A stretch of 50,615 nt of DNA from Bacillota bacterium (lineage in GTDB: Bacteria > Bacillota > Sulfobacillia > UBA8153): the NCBI GenBank assembly GCA_007130145.1, contig SLSY01000102.1:1-50615 (forward strand), written 5' to 3'. Shown piece after piece: positions 10,350 to 20,393 of the stretch. How positions within the stretch are numbered: the stretch's first letter is position 1; each line of letters starts with the position of its first letter. The notes under the pieces are model-generated. The model saw only the letters and a program-made list of their open reading frames with translations. It did not search any database and had not been told where the DNA came from. A program made the position numbers and the translations under genes.

Positions 10350-10672
10350 AGAGGCTAACTTGCTTTGAGCGCCACAACCAGAATCCCCTCTTGGCCTGAC
10401 CGGGTACACCGGGGACGGCGGTCTACTGGGATGCCAACGGTATGGGCCCACCCTGGCCATCCTCGCCGACCAAAACCATCGTTTAGGACTACCGCTGTTC
10501 GTACACAACCGATCGCTCGCCGCAGAGGAGAGTTGCCTGGAGCGCTGACTTCTCATGGGGCACGTTTGCGGTTTCCTACCCGAAACACAGCCACCCTTCT
10601 TGTGGCCCCCCGAGCAGGGAAGCTCCGCGGCAAGAACGAACTCTTTTGCCATGGAAGCCGAGGGAGGTTATC

Positions 10673-11494
10673 ATGTATAAGCTGATCGCACTCGATATTG
10701 ACGGCACCATACTCAACAGCCAGGGCGAATTGACCGCCCGCGTGGCGGACAGCATAGCCCGCGCCCGTGACCGTGGTTGGTTGGTATGCCTGCTTAGCGG
10801 CCGCCGCCCCCGTAAAATGCAGCCATTAGCTCAGACCCTGGGCATCACCACTCCGCTGGTCGCCTTCAACGGAGCCATCATCACTGACCCGGTCAGTTTG
10901 ATGCCCATAAAGACCCGCTACCTTTCACGGGCCATTTCCGACCCCATTGTCTTGGCCTGGGAACAAGCGCACATCCCTTTCTTCTCATACCGCGATACCA
11001 CCACCGGACCTGATGTCTACTACAGTCTGCAACCCGTCTGGCCCCGCGCCGCATCCTACGTGAAAGAAGAGGGCAATCATATGATGCGTCTGGACTCAGT
11101 AGCGCGCCAAAGCTGGGAACCGCTCCGCCTCATGGTGATGAGCGATAAGAAAGCAGCGCTAGAAGCCGAGAGACTCACCGCTCCCTATGTCCGCACAGGC
11201 GCTACTCGCACCTACTTGAGCCGCCACTATGACGAGAGTTGGTACTTTGAGGTCTATCCGCTCACGTCCAAGGCAGACGGCATCCACTTCCTCTGCTCGC
11301 ATTACGGCCTTCAACCGCAAGAAGTGATTGCGGTAGGAGACAACGTGAACGATGTGGATATGTTGCAGCAAGCGGGCTTGGGGGTGGCCATGGGTAACGC
11401 CACCAAGGAGGTGCAAACAGCCGCTGATGTGACCATCGGTGACCACGACCACGATGGACTGGCCCACTTTCTCGATCATCTGATGGAAACCTAG
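10673..11494 (+). CDS. Cof-type HAD-IIB family hydrolase (paralogue 1)
   Basis: MYKLIALDIDGTILN (DxDGT nucleophile motif) and a C-terminal GDNVNDVDML...GVAMGNA. I prefer the ATG at 10673, 5 nt after a GAGGGAGG SD, over the track TTG at 10646. Confidence 0.85.
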   Translation: MYKLIALDIDGTILNSQGELTARVADSIARARDRGWLVCLLSGRRPRKMQPLAQTLGITTPLVAFNGAIITDPVSLMPIKTRYLSRAISDPIVLAWEQAHIPFFSYRDTTTGPDVYYSLQPVWPRAASYVKEEGNHMMRLDSVARQSWEPLRLMVMSDKKAALEAERLTAPYVRTGATRTYLSRHYDESWYFEVYPLTSKADGIHFLCSHYGLQPQEVIAVGDNVNDVDMLQQAGLGVAMGNATKEVQTAADVTIGDHDHDGLAHFLDHLMET

Positions 11495-11811
11495 GTGGCC
11501 CGAGGCCTACTCATCATGTTTTCCCATTATTCGCAATTAGCAGGAAATCGACATTTCTCGCCGAATCGATCACTATCACTATGGCGGAGTCTTGCATCGC
11601 GATAACGCTTTGTTGACCCGTCAGGGAGAGTCTGACAGTTCGAGCCGCTCAGACCGTGTACCGGCAACGAGCCACCGGATGACTGGCATGCCTGGCCGGA
11701 GCCGAAGACACCCCGCAAAGCAGCCAGAGCGGCGGCCGGCCTTGTCATCGGTGAGTGGGCCGGGCCTGTTTCCTGAAGGAGTTTCTTGGGAGTCATCATT
11801 GAAGGAGGATT

Positions 11812-12684
11812 GTGTTGTCTGCCTATCGCGTCTTAGCACTGGATATCGATGGGACCATGACCAACAGCCGCGGGGTCATCACAAATCAAGTGAAGCAAGC
11901 GGTCCGGCGCGCCGAGCAAAGTGGTCTTATGGTCTATCTGGTTAGCGGGCGGCGCACGCCCCATGTTCGGATGGTGACAGACCAGTTGGGTATCACCACT
12001 CCCTTTGTGGCCTTTAACGGAGCGGTGGTCATGGACGGGACCAAACTACTATCCTGTCACCACCTTGATCTTTCCCAGCTGCAGGAGGTCATCCGCTCAT
12101 GGGAGAAAGAAGCGTTCACCGTGTTTGCTTATGGAAACGGTCTGATGCTTCCCAACCTCTACAGCGGCCGTCCCGTCTGGGGCCCAACGCGTCACAAGAT
12201 CACGGAGGAACAGGGTACTCTGAAGAATGTCAGTTCGCTGCTAGACTGCAAATTGGCTGTGGTGCGGTTAATGGTCGCTGACCAACAGGACGTAGCGGAC
12301 GCAGCCCGCAGCATGGCCACACCCCATCTCACCGGGCTCCCGATTCGTTCCCTCTTCACCACCGATCATCAGGGGCTTTGGATCTTCGAAATCCTGCCTG
12401 CGGTGGGCAAGGCCGACGGACTTGTCTTCTTGAGCCAGCAATTGGGAGTCAGGCCCCATGAGGTCATCGCCGTAGGCGACGATATCAACGACGTAGACAT
12501 GCTCAAGTGGGCTGGTTGGGGTGTCGCCATGGGCAACGCACCCGAAGCGGTCAAGGCGGTGGCCGACAGCGTCATAGGCCGGCATGACGACAATGGATTG
12601 GCCCACTTCATCCATGCGGTCATCGATGGATACACCCAGCACGACAAAGACCCCGTAGCGCCACTACAGGTCCAGAAGGGATAA
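11812..12684 (+). CDS. Cof-type HAD-IIB family hydrolase (paralogue 2)
   Basis: VLALDIDGTMTN and GDDINDVDML...GVAMGNAPE. GTG start after a GAAGGAGG SD. It shares clear collinear similarity with the gene at 10673-11494. Confidence 0.85.
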   Translation: MLSAYRVLALDIDGTMTNSRGVITNQVKQAVRRAEQSGLMVYLVSGRRTPHVRMVTDQLGITTPFVAFNGAVVMDGTKLLSCHHLDLSQLQEVIRSWEKEAFTVFAYGNGLMLPNLYSGRPVWGPTRHKITEEQGTLKNVSSLLDCKLAVVRLMVADQQDVADAARSMATPHLTGLPIRSLFTTDHQGLWIFEILPAVGKADGLVFLSQQLGVRPHEVIAVGDDINDVDMLKWAGWGVAMGNAPEAVKAVADSVIGRHDDNGLAHFIHAVIDGYTQHDKDPVAPLQVQKG

Positions 12685-13848
12685 TTGACGGGAGGGATGC
12701 ATGCTCAAACCCAAAGCCAACGCCTGGTATCCTTCCATGGCCGCCTTCAACTCATCGATAGAAACCGATTCATCTGCTTGATGAGCCTCGCTTTCCTCCC
12801 CCGGCCCAAAACCAATGGTGGGTATCCCTCGTTCTCCGGCCGAAGCACTGCCATTGGTACAGAAGGCATACGTGGTCAATTCTGCCGGTAACCCTCTGGC
12901 ACGGAGGGCATCCCTGGCACTGGTCACCAGAGGATGACGCGCCGAGAGTTCCCAGGGCAAAAAGAGTTTTCTCCTCTTGATCTCATATCCGGTGTAGGTC
13001 ACCACCTCGCCTTCCACCACCTCGAGCTGAAGTGGCAGGCTCGTGGCGCTTTGTGCCTTCTGCATCAATTCGTGCACAACATCTTCTATCTTCTCACCGG
13101 GAAGGAGGCGACGGTCCAGGGTAGCGCGACACATAAAGGGCACCACCGACCGGCCGGGATAAGGCGTTGACACCACGTCCGTCAGCACAGTAATGCCCTT
13201 GCCCAATTGAGGATGCTCCGGTGGTTCTAACTCCATCATAGCCAAGTGAGCTCGGCAAAAGCCTTCCACTGCACAAAGCCCCCGGGTGGGCCAGGCAGAA
13301 TGAGCTGTCTTTCCTTGCACCTGCAAAGCCAATTCGGCCCTTCCTCGCTGCGCACAGGCTACAGCCAGTCCGGTAGGCTCTCCAATGACCACACTATCGG
13401 GCTCTGTGGCCGTCAGAACCTGCGAGAATGCCGCTCCTTCCAATATTTCCTCACATACGGACGCGGAGAAATAGACCTGCCCTTCAAGCTGATGACGATC
13501 AAGGGAGGCAAGACCATACACCATGGCAGCGAGCGCTCCCCGCATATCCACAGCCCCACGGCCGTAGAGACGACCTTTGACGATTTGGCCTCCATGGGGA
13601 GGGTACTGCCATGCCCCGGCATCCTCAACCCCCACCGTATCCATATGCGCATCAAAAAGCACCGTCCGCTGGGAGTGTTTCTTCTTTCCTTTGATACGGG
13701 CTAGGACGTTACCAGCATCATCTACCCACACATCATCGAACGAAAGGGATTCCAACTGCTCCTTGACCCGTCGCGCCACCTCTTCCTCTTGTCCGGATTC
13801 ACCCGCAATCCCCACCAGTTGCTGGGCAAACTCCAACATCTCCAACAC
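12664..13848 (-). CDS. M20-family metallohydrolase (ArgE/DapE/YgeY-like)
   Basis: 394 aa with LFDAHMDTVGV, the GRGAVDMRG motif, and GFGPGEESEAHQADE. Confidence 0.85.
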   Translation of the reverse strand: MLEMLEFAQQLVGIAGESGQEEEVARRVKEQLESLSFDDVWVDDAGNVLARIKGKKKHSQRTVLFDAHMDTVGVEDAGAWQYPPHGGQIVKGRLYGRGAVDMRGALAAMVYGLASLDRHQLEGQVYFSASVCEEILEGAAFSQVLTATEPDSVVIGEPTGLAVACAQRGRAELALQVQGKTAHSAWPTRGLCAVEGFCRAHLAMMELEPPEHPQLGKGITVLTDVVSTPYPGRSVVPFMCRATLDRRLLPGEKIEDVVHELMQKAQSATSLPLQLEVVEGEVVTYTGYEIKRRKLFLPWELSARHPLVTSARDALRARGLPAELTTYAFCTNGSASAGERGIPTIGFGPGEESEAHQADESVSIDELKAAMEGYQALALGLSMHPSRQLSLLDL

Positions 13849-15013
13849 CTGCAGTCACCTCCGTGTGTAATCGCTTTACCAAGAACCAAGCCGGCACATG
13901 TGCCAGCGCCGCCAGGAAGAATCCCGGGGCAAACGAGCCGGTTAGGTCAGCCAAATACCCGGTGACGGTCGGCGCAAGAACCGCTGCCATCGAGCTGGCC
14001 AAATTGAGAAAAGCAAAGGCTCTCCCCCGCACGGCTTTGGGCACAGCGTCCGTCAGGGTGGCAACAAAAAGAGGATCCAGTACCATTTTGCCGGCCATTC
14101 CATAGAGGACCAGACCCACTCCCACCGCTAGAATGCTGGGAATGGAAACAAGCACAAGGGCCACGCCCCCCAGTGGCACCAAGTACAACATAACATGTCG
14201 GCCCCGGGGTTTATCCGCCCAAACACCCGCCAGTATCCCGGCGGGAATGGCGACGGCCGGCACCACGCTGGCCCATACATTGGCGGCCTGACCGGTCAAA
14301 CCCATTACGTTCTGCAGGTAGTATGGTGTCCAGCTCAAGATGGTGTAAAGACCATACATCGTCGTGAAGGCGGCTCCTAGTGCCGAGCGCAAGGCCCGGT
14401 GCGTGAGGACCCCGGCCTGAGGGCCCGGAGCAACTGAGGCTTTGGAGACGGGGGGCAAGAGGCGACTCATCAACCCAAAAACCCCCAGCCCCAGCCCGGA
14501 AAGGAACATCAGCACCAACCGCCAGGGCCACTGCCATAGATACGCCATGACCCCGGCCACAGCCAAACCAAACAGGGTACCAGCGGCCATGCCGCTGTTC
14601 ACCCACGCCAGTGCGGTGGCTCTTCGCTCGCGGGGAACCAGTTCTGTCGCCATCGCATACTGCGGAGCATAATAAGCACCCTGGCCCACGCCGACCAAGG
14701 TGCGCCAGGCGGTGAAGAGCAAAAAAGGACCAGAAAGAGCCGCGCCCAGTCCCGCCAGACCTTGCCAGGCCTGTCCTCCCAGGATCACGGGCCGAGGGCC
14801 CCAGCGGTCGGACAAATACCCGCTCGGAACCTGAAATGCTGTGTAAGCCACAAAGAAGGCGCTGCTAATCAGACCCAGCTGTGCACGGCTTATATCCCAT
14901 TCGGCCCCCATGAGTCCTAACAAGGCCGGGATGGCGGAGCGATTCGCGTACATGACCACCCAGCCCACAAACAGCAGGCCGCAATGCTTGATCCACGTCC
15001 TGTCCTCACTCAT
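13799..15013 (-). CDS. MFS transporter
   Basis: 404 aa with about 12 predicted hydrophobic helices and an MFS-type loop GYLSDRWGPRP. Its 3' end overlaps the M20 start by up to 50 nt. Confidence 0.85.
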   Translation of the reverse strand: MSEDRTWIKHCGLLFVGWVVMYANRSAIPALLGLMGAEWDISRAQLGLISSAFFVAYTAFQVPSGYLSDRWGPRPVILGGQAWQGLAGLGAALSGPFLLFTAWRTLVGVGQGAYYAPQYAMATELVPRERRATALAWVNSGMAAGTLFGLAVAGVMAYLWQWPWRLVLMFLSGLGLGVFGLMSRLLPPVSKASVAPGPQAGVLTHRALRSALGAAFTTMYGLYTILSWTPYYLQNVMGLTGQAANVWASVVPAVAIPAGILAGVWADKPRGRHVMLYLVPLGGVALVLVSIPSILAVGVGLVLYGMAGKMVLDPLFVATLTDAVPKAVRGRAFAFLNLASSMAAVLAPTVTGYLADLTGSFAPGFFLAALAHVPAWFLVKRLHTEVTAGVGDVGVCPATGGDCG

Positions 15014-15051
15014 GAAAGGATCGTCAACCTTCCCGTGCTATCGACTTCCGG

Positions 15052-15984
15052 CTAGCGGTCAATGTATTCGGCCATCAACCGTTCGGCAACATCAATGGGG
15101 TCAAGCTCTCCGCTCCGAACTCGGTCGAATGCGTCTGCCAGTTCTGCCTTGGCTTGGCGCATGACGGCATTGACTAAACGGTCTTTGAGTATTTCTTCCA
15201 CTTCCGCCCGGAAGGTGTCCAGTTGTCGAGCGGCCAAATCCCCGCTGCTTTTCAGGTACGCTTGGTGCTTCACCACTTCTTCTTTCAGTTCCTCCAACCC
15301 TTCATCACGGCTGGCTACCGCTTTGATGATGGGCGGACGCCAACCTTGGGTCGGACGCAGATCCAGCATCATGCGAATCTCGGTTATCGTACGGTCTACT
15401 CCGTCGCGGTCGGCTTTGTTGATGCAAAAGACGTCGGCGATCTCCATGATCCCCGCTTTGATGCTCTGTATGTCGTCGCCAAGTCCAGGAGCCATGGTCA
15501 GCACCACCGTGCCAGCAAAACGCATGATGTCCACTTCCGACTGTCCGGCTCCTACGGTCTCCACCATGATCACATCAAAGCCAAAAGCATCCATGAGCCG
15601 GATGACTTCGCCGGTCGCCCGCGAAAGTCCACCCAGCGAGCCCCGGGTAGCCAAGCTGCGAATGAACACACCCTCATCGAGACCGTGGCGCTGCATACGT
15701 ACCCGGTCTCCCAACAACGCGCCGCCCGTAAAGGGGCTGGTGGGATCCACGGCCACAATGCCCACAGTATGCCCTTGCTTCCGATAGCAGGCCGCCAGCC
15801 CGTCGACCAGGGTGCTCTTCCCCACGCCCGGGGGACCCGTCACTCCAACAATATGCGTGCCGCGAGCGTGGCGGTAGGCATACCGGACCAGCTCCCGGCG
15901 ACCCTCATCACGATTCTCCACGGCGGTGATCGCCCGGGCCAAAGCCAACCGATCGCCGCGTTTGATTCCAGCCAAAAGATCCAT
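15052..15984 (-). CDS. meaB: Methylmalonyl-CoA mutase-associated GTPase MeaB (ArgK family)
   Basis: 310 aa with P-loop GPPGVGKST, VETVGAGQSE, and NKADRDG (NKxD). Confidence 0.9.
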   Translation of the reverse strand: MDLLAGIKRGDRLALARAITAVENRDEGRRELVRYAYRHARGTHIVGVTGPPGVGKSTLVDGLAACYRKQGHTVGIVAVDPTSPFTGGALLGDRVRMQRHGLDEGVFIRSLATRGSLGGLSRATGEVIRLMDAFGFDVIMVETVGAGQSEVDIMRFAGTVVLTMAPGLGDDIQSIKAGIMEIADVFCINKADRDGVDRTITEIRMMLDLRPTQGWRPPIIKAVASRDEGLEELKEEVVKHQAYLKSSGDLAARQLDTFRAEVEEILKDRLVNAVMRQAKAELADAFDRVRSGELDPIDVAERLMAEYIDR

Positions 15985-16080
15985 GTTAGACTAGCCTCCG
16001 CATGTGTATTGGTGATATTGAAACGCAGTTGGGGAGTTCATTATCTAGCATCGCATTCTCTTTTTTGGGCCCATTGTCCT

Positions 16081-16120
16081 GCCCAGAACAAAGGAGGAGG
16101 TATCAATGCCTCCTCCTTTG
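16081..16120 (-). terminator. Putative intrinsic terminator between mmdB and meaB
   Basis: Perfect 12-bp inverted repeat CAAAGGAGGAGG (16089-16100) / CCTCCTCCTTTG (16109-16120). On the minus strand the stem runs into TTTGTTCT. Confidence 0.5.
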
Positions 16121-16136
16121 CCCCTCATGGTGATGG

Positions 16137-17255
16137 TCAGCCCAAGACAACGAGAATAACACCCGCTGCCACTGCTGTACCGATGACACCCGCCACGTTG
16201 GGGCCCATAGCATGCATGAGCAGGTGATTCTCTGGGTTGGCCTCTCGACCCACGCGTTGTACCACCCGGGCGGCCATGGGTACTGCCGACACGCCAGCGG
16301 CCCCGATCATGGGGTTGATTTTGCCACCGCTGAGCCAGTAGAACACTTTGCCCAACAGGACACCGGCCGCGGTGCCCCCGGCAAAGGCCACCAGACCCAT
16401 ACCGATGATGAGCAAGGTATCAGGGGTAAGGAAACTGGCAGCATTCATCGTTGCTCCCACCGATAGCGCCAGTAAAATGGTAACGATGTTAATCAGCTCG
16501 TTTTGCGCCGTATTGGACAGTCGGACCGTAACCCCACTCTCTCTAAAAAGATTGCCCAGCATCAACATGCCGACCAACGGAGCGACGGGCGGCAGGACCA
16601 ACACAATAAAGAGAGTAACCATGATGGGAAAGAGGATACGCTCCACACGGGAGACGGTACGCATTTGGGCCATCACCACACTGCGCTCCTTCTTACTCGT
16701 TAACGCCTTGATGATGGGCGGTTGAATGAGGGGTACCAGTGACATGTAGGAATACGCTGCCACGGCAATGGGGCCCACCAAATGCGGTGCCAACCGCATG
16801 GTCAGATAGATGGCGGTGGGCCCATCGGCACCGCCAATGATACCGATGGAGCCTGCTTCGGCCAAGGTGAAACCATACATACGAGCTCCGATCAAAGCCA
16901 TATAGACTCCCACCTGAGAAGCAGCGCCCAATAGCACCGTAACCGGATTGGCCAGCAAAGGCCCAAAATCCGTCAGTGCGCCCACACCCAAGAAGATGAG
17001 AGGCGGAAAGATTTCGTGTCTGACCCCAAAGAAGAAGAAGTCAAGCAAGCCTCCTTCCTCCATCAGACCGGTCATGGGCAGATTTGCCAGGATGGTGCCA
17101 AAAGCGATAGGTACCAGTAAGAGCGGTTCAAAGCCTTTGGCAATGGCCAGGTAAAGCAACACGCCGGCAACAGCGAGCATGATGGCATTCCCAAAAGTGA
17201 AATGGGCAAAACCTGTGGTGGCAAACAATTCTTGCAAGATATCTAACCAGTTCAC
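16137..17255 (-). CDS. mmdB: Na+-translocating decarboxylase beta subunit (OadB/MmdB/GcdB family)
   Basis: 372 aa integral membrane protein with family-typical segments ([47 protein letters not shown]). Confidence 0.92.
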   Translation of the reverse strand: MNWLDILQELFATTGFAHFTFGNAIMLAVAGVLLYLAIAKGFEPLLLVPIAFGTILANLPMTGLMEEGGLLDFFFFGVRHEIFPPLIFLGVGALTDFGPLLANPVTVLLGAASQVGVYMALIGARMYGFTLAEAGSIGIIGGADGPTAIYLTMRLAPHLVGPIAVAAYSYMSLVPLIQPPIIKALTSKKERSVVMAQMRTVSRVERILFPIMVTLFIVLVLPPVAPLVGMLMLGNLFRESGVTVRLSNTAQNELINIVTILLALSVGATMNAASFLTPDTLLIIGMGLVAFAGGTAAGVLLGKVFYWLSGGKINPMIGAAGVSAVPMAARVVQRVGREANPENHLLMHAMGPNVAGVIGTAVAAGVILVVLG

Positions 17256-17271
17256 GTATTTCGTGCCCCTC

Positions 17272-17712
17272 TCACCCGATGATCAACAACAGATCACCTG
17301 TATTCACCGAAGCACCCTTTGCTACCTTGATTTCCTTGATCTGGCCATCACGAGGTGCAGTGATCTCATTTTGCATCTTCATCGCTTCGAGCACGAGCAA
17401 CACGTCTCCTGCTTTCACTTCTTGACCTGCTGTCACATGCACCTCGATGATGGTACCGGGAATGGGTGCATTGAGGGCACCAGCAGCCCTACTCCCTGCC
17501 TCTGACTTAGCTGATTCACTCGGTTTAGATTCGTCGGATACAGGCCTTTTCGGCGCCGGACGCTTGGCCTTGGGAGCCCCTCCTCCTGCGGGCGGCGCAA
17601 TGCGCACCTGAGGTGTAGCGTCACGTTGTGACCCAGACCCTCCCTGCTCTTCAACTTCTACCTCATATTCCTGGCCGTTGACAGTAACCCTGAACCTTCG
17701 CATGTAGTTCAT
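17272..17712 (-). CDS. mmdC: Biotin carboxyl carrier subunit of the decarboxylase (MmdC-like)
   Basis: 146 aa with an Ala/Pro-rich linker and a C-terminal biotinyl domain carrying the EAMKMQNEI biotinylation motif. Confidence 0.85.
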   Translation of the reverse strand: MNYMRRFRVTVNGQEYEVEVEEQGGSGSQRDATPQVRIAPPAGGGAPKAKRPAPKRPVSDESKPSESAKSEAGSRAAGALNAPIPGTIIEVHVTAGQEVKAGDVLLVLEAMKMQNEITAPRDGQIKEIKVAKGASVNTGDLLLIIG

Positions 17713-17747
17713 ACCCTCCCCATAACGGACTGTAGTTTAAAGTAATC

Positions 17748-18113
17748 TCATCTGCTCCCTGTCCTGCGTGCCGCCATAAGACCCTGCCGTCCTGCCATGA
17801 GCCACGGATTGCCCTCTTTCGCAGGGGCAACTGCCCGGCGGTCTCCTCCCATGTAAGCGCAGATAGCGGCCGTGATCACCGCGACTGTCTCATCGGGTAT
17901 GGCTTCCTCGACAGCCGCAGCTGCCGCTGTATCGTGATGCTCTTTATCCCCTGCCACCTCGGTGACGCTCTGCTTTGGCTCCCTGCTCCGGTTGTCGCCG
18001 CCAAAGACCATTCGGGATAGGGTGATCAACAGGCCCAGCACAATCAGGACACCGAAGACCACGGCCATGGCGATGACCGCCAATTGTATGGTAGCAGCAA
18101 ACGTATCGGGCAT
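17748..18113 (-). CDS. mmdD: OadG-family small membrane subunit (MmdD-like)
   Basis: 121 aa with a single N-terminal TM helix (IQLAVIAMAVVFGVLIVLGLLITL) and an AVITAAICAYMG-type tail. Its position between the carboxyltransferase and the biotin carrier fits this role. Confidence 0.7.
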   Translation of the reverse strand: MPDTFAATIQLAVIAMAVVFGVLIVLGLLITLSRMVFGGDNRSREPKQSVTEVAGDKEHHDTAAAAAVEEAIPDETVAVITAAICAYMGGDRRAVAPAKEGNPWLMAGRQGLMAARRTGSR

Positions 18114-18135
18114 GTCTGTTACCTCCTACTATGCC

Positions 18136-19692
18136 TTACAGCGGTATGTTGCCGTGCTTTTTGGCCGGTCGCAATTCCTGTTTGGAAAAGACGGTCTCCA
18201 GGGCATTGTACAGGCGAGTCCTGGTTTCGGCTACATCAATGACATCATCCACATAGCCGCGACTGGCCGCAACGTAAGGGTTGGCGAACTGCTCGCGAAA
18301 CTCGTCAATCTTCTCCTGACGTTTGGCTTGTGGATCGTCGGCCTGGCCGATTTCCTTGCGGAAAATAATGTTGGCAGCCCCTTCTGGTCCCATGACCGCA
18401 ATCTCTGCCGTGGGAAGGGCAAATACCATGTCCGCCCCCAGGTGGCGACTGCACATGGCAATGTATGCACCCCCATACGCCTTGCGAACGATCACGGTCA
18501 ACTTGGGAACGGTAGCCTCCGAATAGGCGTACAGCATCTTGGCTCCGTGGCGAATGATACCGCCCCACTCCTGGTCAACCCCGGGTAGATAGCCCGGAAC
18601 ATCCACGAATGTCACTAAAGGCACATTAAAGGCATCACAGAGCCGCACGAAACGAGCGGCTTTGTCGGACGCATCAATGTCGAGGCAACCGGCCCGCTCA
18701 CGAGGTTGATTGGCCACGATGCCAACCGGTCTCCCTCCCAGACGGGCAAAACCCACGATCATGTTGGTGGCAAACCAAGGGTGCACTTCCAGAAGCGTCC
18801 CCTGATCGATGACGGACTCAACCAACTCGTACATATCATATGAGCGGTTCGGATCTTCGGGAATGACCTCGCGTAGATGCTCTAAGCCGCGATCAACGGG
18901 ATCATCTCCCTCAAGGTATGGCGGACTTTCCAGATTATTGGCCGGCAAATAACTGAGCAGGGCGCGGACAGCGCTAAGACAGCTGGTCTCATCGTCATAA
19001 GCAAAATGGGCCACGCCACTGGTCTGGTTGTGAACCAAAGCCCCTCCCAAATCCTCTACCGAGACATCCTCATTGGTTACCGCTTTGATCACTTGCGGTC
19101 CGGTGATAAACATATTGCTGGTTCCCGACACCATGAAAACAAAATCTGTCAGGGCCGGAGAATACACCGCTCCGCCCGCACAAGGCCCAAGAATAACCGA
19201 GATCTGCGGCACGACGCCCGAGAGCACCGTATTACGGTAGAAAATGTCACCATAGCCTTTGAGGGCATCCACTCCCTCCTGAATGCGAGCACCACCCGAA
19301 TCATTTATGGAAATGAAAGGTATTCCCAGCTTGCGAGCCAAATCCATCACCTTGCAAATCTTATGCGCATGCATCTCCCCCAACGAACCTCCGATGACGG
19401 TGAAGTCCTGGGAAGCCACACACACCCGACGGCCTCCAATCATACCGTAGCCCACCACGACGCCTTCACCGGGCGCCTCTACCTTGTTCATCCCGAAGTT
19501 GTGGCTGCGATGTTCAGTAAAGGCATCGACCTCGACAAAACTCTCTTCATCTAAGAGCACCCCGAGTCGCTCACGCGCCGTCATCTTGCCGGCAGCATGT
19601 TGCTTATCGATGCGAGATGCTCCACCACCTTGTTCCACCTTGGCCCGCATCTCTCTTAATTGGGCCACTTTTGCATCCACGGTTTGTACCAC
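18136..19692 (-). CDS. mmdA: Methylmalonyl-CoA carboxyltransferase / acyl-CoA carboxylase beta-family alpha subunit (MmdA-like)
   Basis: 518 aa with two crotonase-like carboxyltransferase halves (SGGARIQEG, GPCAGGAVYSPALTDF, AYGGAYIAM). Methylmalonyl specificity is inferred from the meaB and sucCD context. A GcdA-type enzyme cannot be excluded. Confidence 0.88.
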   Translation of the reverse strand: MVQTVDAKVAQLREMRAKVEQGGGASRIDKQHAAGKMTARERLGVLLDEESFVEVDAFTEHRSHNFGMNKVEAPGEGVVVGYGMIGGRRVCVASQDFTVIGGSLGEMHAHKICKVMDLARKLGIPFISINDSGGARIQEGVDALKGYGDIFYRNTVLSGVVPQISVILGPCAGGAVYSPALTDFVFMVSGTSNMFITGPQVIKAVTNEDVSVEDLGGALVHNQTSGVAHFAYDDETSCLSAVRALLSYLPANNLESPPYLEGDDPVDRGLEHLREVIPEDPNRSYDMYELVESVIDQGTLLEVHPWFATNMIVGFARLGGRPVGIVANQPRERAGCLDIDASDKAARFVRLCDAFNVPLVTFVDVPGYLPGVDQEWGGIIRHGAKMLYAYSEATVPKLTVIVRKAYGGAYIAMCSRHLGADMVFALPTAEIAVMGPEGAANIIFRKEIGQADDPQAKRQEKIDEFREQFANPYVAASRGYVDDVIDVAETRTRLYNALETVFSKQELRPAKKHGNIPL

Positions 19693-19715
19693 CTCTCGCT
19701 CGAAAATAGGTTCAA

Positions 19716-20348
19716 TTACAAGGAAAACGCGAGTTGATGCAACTCCAATAGCACATCGGTATTTAGCACCCTGGTGTCTGGGGGCAATTCCAAACGAACC
19801 GGAGCAAAGTTGAGAAACGCCGTGATGCCGGCACGAAGAGCAGCTTCGGCAGCAGCTTGCGCCGCTATCCTGGGTACGGTGATGACACCAATACGCACGT
19901 GCCGCTCTTGCACCACCTTGGCCATGCTCTCGGGATCCTCAATCAACAGACCTTCCACTTCTCTTCCCTGCTTTTGGGGATCTAGGTCAAAAAGGGCTAC
20001 CACCTCAAATGAATGGGCCAGCTCCATATAAGGATAACGCCGAAGATAACGAGTAAGGGCCGTACCCAATTCACCCACACCGATGACAGCAACAGACACC
20101 ACCTGATCCGCTTTGAGCAAGGACGCCAGTTTACTTCTGAGTCGTATTACCTCGTAACCTACCCCTTGTTTGCCCAGTTGCCCGAAGTTAGCTAGATCCT
20201 TGCGAACCTGAGCCGCCGTGACGCCAGCCAACTGGCTCAGCTGCACCGAAGAGATGAAATCGTCATCGTCTTGGCTCCGCTCTTGCAGACAGCGCAGGTA
20301 GATAGCCAGCCGTCGCACGATCACATCGGGAACTGCTCGAAAGTCCAA
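19716..20348 (-). CDS. rex: Redox-sensing transcriptional repressor Rex
   Basis: 210 aa with an N-terminal winged helix (VPDVIVRRLAIYLRCL, SSVQLSQLAGVTAAQVRKDL) and a Rossmann domain (VAVIGVGELGTAL). Its stop lies 23 nt upstream of the mmdA start on the same strand. Confidence 0.9.
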   Translation of the reverse strand: MDFRAVPDVIVRRLAIYLRCLQERSQDDDDFISSVQLSQLAGVTAAQVRKDLANFGQLGKQGVGYEVIRLRSKLASLLKADQVVSVAVIGVGELGTALTRYLRRYPYMELAHSFEVVALFDLDPQKQGREVEGLLIEDPESMAKVVQERHVRIGVITVPRIAAQAAAEAALRAGITAFLNFAPVRLELPPDTRVLNTDVLLELHQLAFSL

Positions 20349-20393
20349 CTACGTGCCCCCTTCCTCGTGACAATTCTATAATGCTGACACGTC

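Noticed and set aside
11527-11799. 90-aa minus-strand ORF inside the leader of the second Cof hydrolase.
   Set aside because: It has Ala/Gly/Ser/Arg-rich, non-protein-like composition, no SD and no motif. It is probably a chance ORF in GC-rich DNA.
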